Positions 42,432 through 46,134 of a DNA stretch of 46,134 nt are shown one piece after another; the first letter of the stretch is position 1, and every line of letters begins with the position of its first letter. Under the pieces are notes generated by a model. The model searched no databases and was not told the origin of the DNA. It saw only the letters and a program-made list of their open reading frames with translations. The position numbers and the translations under genes are program-made. This DNA is from a virus (lineage: Duplodnaviria > Caudoviricetes). The stretch spans positions 1 through 46,134 of the IMG/VR virus record IMGVR_UViG_3300006046_000010; one strand, 5' to 3'.

Positions 42432-44288
42432 TCAGGCGTTCTGCTGCTCCGTCTCGGGAGGCGGAGACAGAAGCCCACGCTGGAGAGCCCGGATAGTCAC
42501 AAAGGATTCAGCGTCATCTAAGTGATTCTGCTGGTGCAGCTCATACCAGATCGGCTCGTAGCGACCCGTGCGTTTGTTGCGCTCCATCCGCTTCACGCGC
42601 GAGTTGAGGTGCCGGGAATACTGCGTGCTCACGTTCACGCTGACGTGCCAGATGGTCGGCTCCACGAAGCGCAGGCTACTCTTGAGATCCAGGATGGCGT
42701 TCTTGGCGAAGTTCACGTAGCGAGCCCGCTTGAAGGTCCGGTTCTCCCACTTGGTTCCGAGCATCGGGTCACGGAACTGAACAACCGAGAACGGCCGGCT
42801 GACTCGGGTGCCGTCCGGCTGGACGTGGTAGTAATGTTTGGCGGTCGGACTGCCCCAGACGCCACGCCAGTCGTTATCGATGATGAGCTTGCCCACCTGG
42901 TTCGGTCGGTGCGCCATGTCGAGCAGCACGTCTTCTCCGAGGACGTGGTATTCCTTCTGCAGGTCCACGAGGTCTGCCTCGGAGTCCACCTTGTCAGCAA
43001 AGAGGAGCCAGGACTCCCCGTAGGGCATGGCGGCCGTGGGCGGGGCAAAGCGGCGGACGACCACCCAGTAGCCGTTCTCCTGCACGTCCACGCCCATGAT
43101 GGGGATCGAGCCGTCTTGCGGCACGTTCTGGTTGGTGAACGCTTCGAGCTTCACCTCCTTCTGATCGTAGGCTTGAGACTCGTCCCACGGTTCGGCCATC
43201 CAGCCGTTGATGAAGTTCTGCAGCTCTGAACGCAAACCTCTTGCTGTCAGGAATTGGATGGCGATCTGTGCAAAAGAGGTTTGCTGTGAGAGAATCGAGT
43301 AGAGCGAGTTGAGGTGGTAGCCGTGGCGGCCGCTCTCAGCCAGCGGGTTGTCCGGCTTCCAGATGCCGTTCTCCAGCATGAGCGGGCGCTCGAAGTTGTG
43401 GATCATCTTCCCGCAGCACTGGGCTTTGTAGAAGGCGTTCGCCCGGACCTTCTGCATATCCCAGTGGCCATCGGTCTTGGCTTCATCCTCGTGCTCGTGC
43501 CACCAGCGCAGACCGCAGTCGCCCCACTGGTCGCTCTGGACTTTGAGCTTGAACAAGATCTCGCGCTCACAGCGCGGGCAGGGCAGCCAGTATTTCCGCT
43601 GGTCGGTCTTCAGGTATTCGATCCAGATCATCCGGTTCGCCAGTGTTGGCGAGGACGCCTTGACTGCCATGGGGAACGGGAACGTCTTCTGGCGCTCCTC
43701 GGCCAACTGGATCGTGCCAGCGTCGAACTTCAGCTCGTCGTAATACTTGTCCACCTCGTCCATCTGGATGAGGCCGCGGGGCCGGGAGGAAAGGTTCGTG
43801 GTCGAACCGGCGCCAACGAAGTTGAGCACCATCGAGAGGAAGTGCTGCGAGGTGAATCCCCACAGGTGCTTGTTGATCCCGCGCTTGCTCGTGCGCGGCA
43901 CCAGATCCATGACTGGCTTGCAGAGCTGCACGAAGGGCTGCCAGCGCTCCTTACTGAAGTCGCGGGCCTGGTCGGCGTTGCCCATGACCCACATCGCATC
44001 CTCTGGGTCCTTGGCGATCCGGTAGAGCATCCCGCAGGAGAGGATGGTCGTCTTGGCGGCCTGGGTAGGGAAGACGAGGACGAGGTGACGCGTCTTCTTG
44101 TCCCCGTAGCGTTCCAGGATCTCCCGGCCGTAGGGGATGTATTTCATCTGCACCTTGCCGGTGATGGCGCCGGTCGGCAGCTCAACGTTCTCCTCCACCC
44201 AGTCAACGACCGACTCCTGTCGGACGGGAGCGAACAGGTCGGAAAGGACCAACCTGATTTCCTCAATGCCCTGAGCGTTAGCGAGCAT
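42432..44288 (-). CDS. terL: Terminase large subunit, lambda GpA family
   Basis: FPTQAAKTT Walker A, MDEVDKY Walker B, SSPT, PCPRC, GYHLNSLYS, F.N..AEPW, GVDVQ, NH.DD. Confidence 0.95.
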   Translation of the reverse strand: MLANAQGIEEIRLVLSDLFAPVRQESVVDWVEENVELPTGAITGKVQMKYIPYGREILERYGDKKTRHLVLVFPTQAAKTTILSCGMLYRIAKDPEDAMWVMGNADQARDFSKERWQPFVQLCKPVMDLVPRTSKRGINKHLWGFTSQHFLSMVLNFVGAGSTTNLSSRPRGLIQMDEVDKYYDELKFDAGTIQLAEERQKTFPFPMAVKASSPTLANRMIWIEYLKTDQRKYWLPCPRCEREILFKLKVQSDQWGDCGLRWWHEHEDEAKTDGHWDMQKVRANAFYKAQCCGKMIHNFERPLMLENGIWKPDNPLAESGRHGYHLNSLYSILSQQTSFAQIAIQFLTARGLRSELQNFINGWMAEPWDESQAYDQKEVKLEAFTNQNVPQDGSIPIMGVDVQENGYWVVVRRFAPPTAAMPYGESWLLFADKVDSEADLVDLQKEYHVLGEDVLLDMAHRPNQVGKLIIDNDWRGVWGSPTAKHYYHVQPDGTRVSRPFSVVQFRDPMLGTKWENRTFKRARYVNFAKNAILDLKSSLRFVEPTIWHVSVNVSTQYSRHLNSRVKRMERNKRTGRYEPIWYELHQQNHLDDAESFVTIRALQRGLLSPPPETEQQNA

Positions 44289-44916
44289 TTGGGTCTGGGT
44301 CTTTCAGGGCGTCGAGCGCTTTGCGTCCGATCGCAATCACGGCGTTGACTTCACCTTCCAAGATCTTGACGGCCGTCAGCGCGTCCTGCGGGTTTACCTG
44401 CGGCCCGACTTCCGCTGGGATTTTCTTCAGTCGGCGCAAGACTGGTTCCATGGTCCGACGGCACACGTCCATCGCTTCCTGGATTGGAACGATCAACCGG
44501 CGTCGCTCCAGTTCCTCACGGTATGCCTTCTCGGCTTTGAGGCGAGAGTCGATCGCCTTGTTGTGCTCGGACAGTCTGACGCTCCTGGTCCCGAGCCGGT
44601 GGATGCGGGCGTATTCGTAATCCTCGAAGGCGCCGTCAGCTACAGCGATCGAGTTGAGCAAGGCGTCAAGCAGGCTGTCGCCAGTTCGGCTGGGTTGCTT
44701 CGCTGACTTCGGTCGGCCCATCGTTTTAGGCTCGTCCGGTTCGTCTGCAAATTTGCTGGTCTTGGAATTGGTCGCTGCCCGCTTGCCGGTGCCGCGCTCT
44801 GCCCGCCAGCGATCGGCTGCCTTGAGTGAGTTCTTGGGCATACCGAGCCCAATCAGTTGGACAACTCTGGCCTGCGATACCCCAAGGTGCGCAGCTATCT
44901 CGTATGTGCTCGGCAT
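44278..44916 (-). CDS. terS: Terminase small subunit (Nu1-like HTH)
   Basis: EIAAHLGVSQARV.QL...GMP HTH; coiled coil; L..IP; overlaps the terL start. Confidence 0.85.
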   Translation of the reverse strand: MPSTYEIAAHLGVSQARVVQLIGLGMPKNSLKAADRWRAERGTGKRAATNSKTSKFADEPDEPKTMGRPKSAKQPSRTGDSLLDALLNSIAVADGAFEDYEYARIHRLGTRSVRLSEHNKAIDSRLKAEKAYREELERRRLIVPIQEAMDVCRRTMEPVLRRLKKIPAEVGPQVNPQDALTAVKILEGEVNAVIAIGRKALDALKDPDPNAR

Positions 44917-44950
44917 TTGATTCGGTTCAGTTCCGCCCCTCAACGTAAAA

Positions 44951-44957
44951 TGTCAAC
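44951..44957 (-). promoter_or_regulatory. GTTGACA motif upstream of terS
   Basis: Same motif as the virion-block copies; 34 nt to ATG 44916. Confidence 0.5.
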
Positions 44958-44999
44958 AAACCTGGAGCCCGAGTGGCTCCGCAACATGAAAGGAAAAGT

Positions 45000-45227
45000 A
45001 TGGCTGATGGAAAATTGAAAACAACCAAGGGGGACGCAGGGCCTCCCGTGGCGTCACACACGCCGAACGGTTACGACCCTCGGTGGCTGCCCCCAATCAA
45101 CCAAGCGCTCTCCGATCGGGACGGGGATATCGTCCTTGCGGACATCTCTGACGAGATCTGGGAGCAGTTCATTGGCCCAATGTTGGACGCCATTGAACGC
45201 GGAGAAGTGGAGGCGCCGACCAAATGA
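45000..45227 (+). CDS. Hypothetical protein
   Basis: GAAAGGA SD; divergent from terS. Confidence 0.7.
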   Translation: MADGKLKTTKGDAGPPVASHTPNGYDPRWLPPINQALSDRDGDIVLADISDEIWEQFIGPMLDAIERGEVEAPTK

Positions 45228-45424
45228 AGTTCTGGGAAATCGTAGAGGTCAGCCCGGAGAGGGTTGACCCCAAGAAACACCTGACGGACGCAGAGCTGAT
45301 CGGACTCAGCGTGCTCGCCGCACAATCCCCAGGCTCACACCTGGGAACATACAACGTTTACCACCGGGCATGGATGAAGATCCAGCCGGCGGTGGACATA
45401 GCCATAGGAGAGGGAGGAGATTAA
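45224..45424 (+). CDS. Hypothetical protein
   Basis: 66 aa; ATGA overlap; GGAGG SD. Confidence 0.7.
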   Translation: MKFWEIVEVSPERVDPKKHLTDAELIGLSVLAAQSPGSHLGTYNVYHRAWMKIQPAVDIAIGEGGD

Positions 45425-45425
45425 A

Positions 45426-45788
45426 ATGAAGACGACTGAAGAAATAGCCGCGGAGTGCGGCATAACTGGGCAGGAGGAAAAGCTCCTGCATGAAATTCTG
45501 GGTGAATCAGACGAGTGGCCGGAGACCGGCAATATCATCGGCGCCCTCTACCGGCGCATCGAGAAGTTAGAAAACTTGAATGAGCAAATCCCGGATCTGA
45601 CCCAGCAGCAGATGTCCATCAACTTCAACTGGCTGCTGGTAAATGTGGATCGCATCCACTCGGCGCTATGCCCGACAATGATGGGCACATGGCAACAGCG
45701 GGCGGAGCAGGCTGTCGCGGCAGCCGTGGTAATCGGCGCCCAGAATGACGCCTACGTCGAGCGCATCACGAGGGAGGGAGCGCGATGA
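45426..45788 (+). CDS. Hypothetical helical protein
   Basis: 120 aa; GGAGGAG SD. Confidence 0.75.
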   Translation: MKTTEEIAAECGITGQEEKLLHEILGESDEWPETGNIIGALYRRIEKLENLNEQIPDLTQQQMSINFNWLLVNVDRIHSALCPTMMGTWQQRAEQAVAAAVVIGAQNDAYVERITREGAR

Positions 45789-46134
45789 AGATACCCACTT
45801 CCGTCATCGGAGAGTTGAACTTGAACCAGGCCAAGCTGCTGAACAAAATGCTGGAGGGATTATTCAATCCCGCCGGCCGGTGGCAGGCAGACGTTCAGGA
45901 AATCATCCTGACCCTGGTTAAGCGCGTCGTGAAACTGGAGGGCATGATTGAGGAGATCCCGAAACAGATGCAGCCAGCGATCGAGCGCAGCGAAAAAATC
46001 AAGGAGGACCTGTTGAAGAACTGCGTGATCATGCAGTCCCGAGTCGTGGCGATCCTGCGCGTCCCTGAGGCAATCGAGGGGTTGTGCCAGGGTGACGTGT
46101 TCGGGTCAGAATACGAGGACTTGCTCAAAGAAGA
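45785..46134 (+). CDS. Hypothetical protein, partial at the right edge (MKIPTSVIG...)
   Basis: ATGA overlap; GGGAGGGAG SD; open to the window end. Confidence 0.7.
   Translation, partial: MKIPTSVIGELNLNQAKLLNKMLEGLFNPAGRWQADVQEIILTLVKRVVKLEGMIEEIPKQMQPAIERSEKIKEDLLKNCVIMQSRVVAILRVPEAIEGLCQGDVFGSEYEDLLKE

Larger units (their letters stand above)
1..46134. mobile_element. Tailed dsDNA bacteriophage genome segment (lambda-type terminase/portal)
   Basis: TerS, GpA-type TerL, gpW-like protein, portal, fibre genes, phage initiator plus DnaB and RecT-like SSAP; dense overlapping small ORFs; no host housekeeping block. Confidence 0.95.

Overview
The window is a segment of a tailed dsDNA phage genome with about 60% GC by eye. 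No integrase, major capsid gene, tRNA or CRISPR array is visible. From recall, the DnaB sequence resembles Verrucomicrobiota (Chthoniobacterales-like) DnaB; this needs BLAST confirmation. Layout: (1) 1-16.1 kb, minus-strand virion block with gpW-like protein, lambda-type portal, 20-aa-repeat fibre genes and three basic 'polyprotein-like' genes. (2) 16.1-17.4 kb, a roughly 1 kb ORF-free and densely base-paired region. (3) 17.4-27.9 kb, plus-strand accessory/early operon with a paralogous gene pair, an M28 peptidase and a Ycf46-like AAA/DUF1257/DUF2997/DUF3150-like cluster. (4) 28-42.4 kb, mostly minus-strand replication/recombination/modification genes: GT9, ParB-like, RuvC-like, GroES, FkbM, SWIM, KH, DnaB, initiator with internal iterons and RecT-like. 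(5) terS/terL (GpA type) and small divergent ORFs. Top candidates for new biology are a large structured ncRNA followed by two paralogous small proteins; a recurring S-A-R...I-E/Q-F/L motif that segments three virion-block proteins and the portal tail; an AAA+ ATPase whose Walker B lies before Walker A; and a CGTTGACA-N14-ATG late-gene motif. All family calls come from motif recognition by eye, not from database searches.
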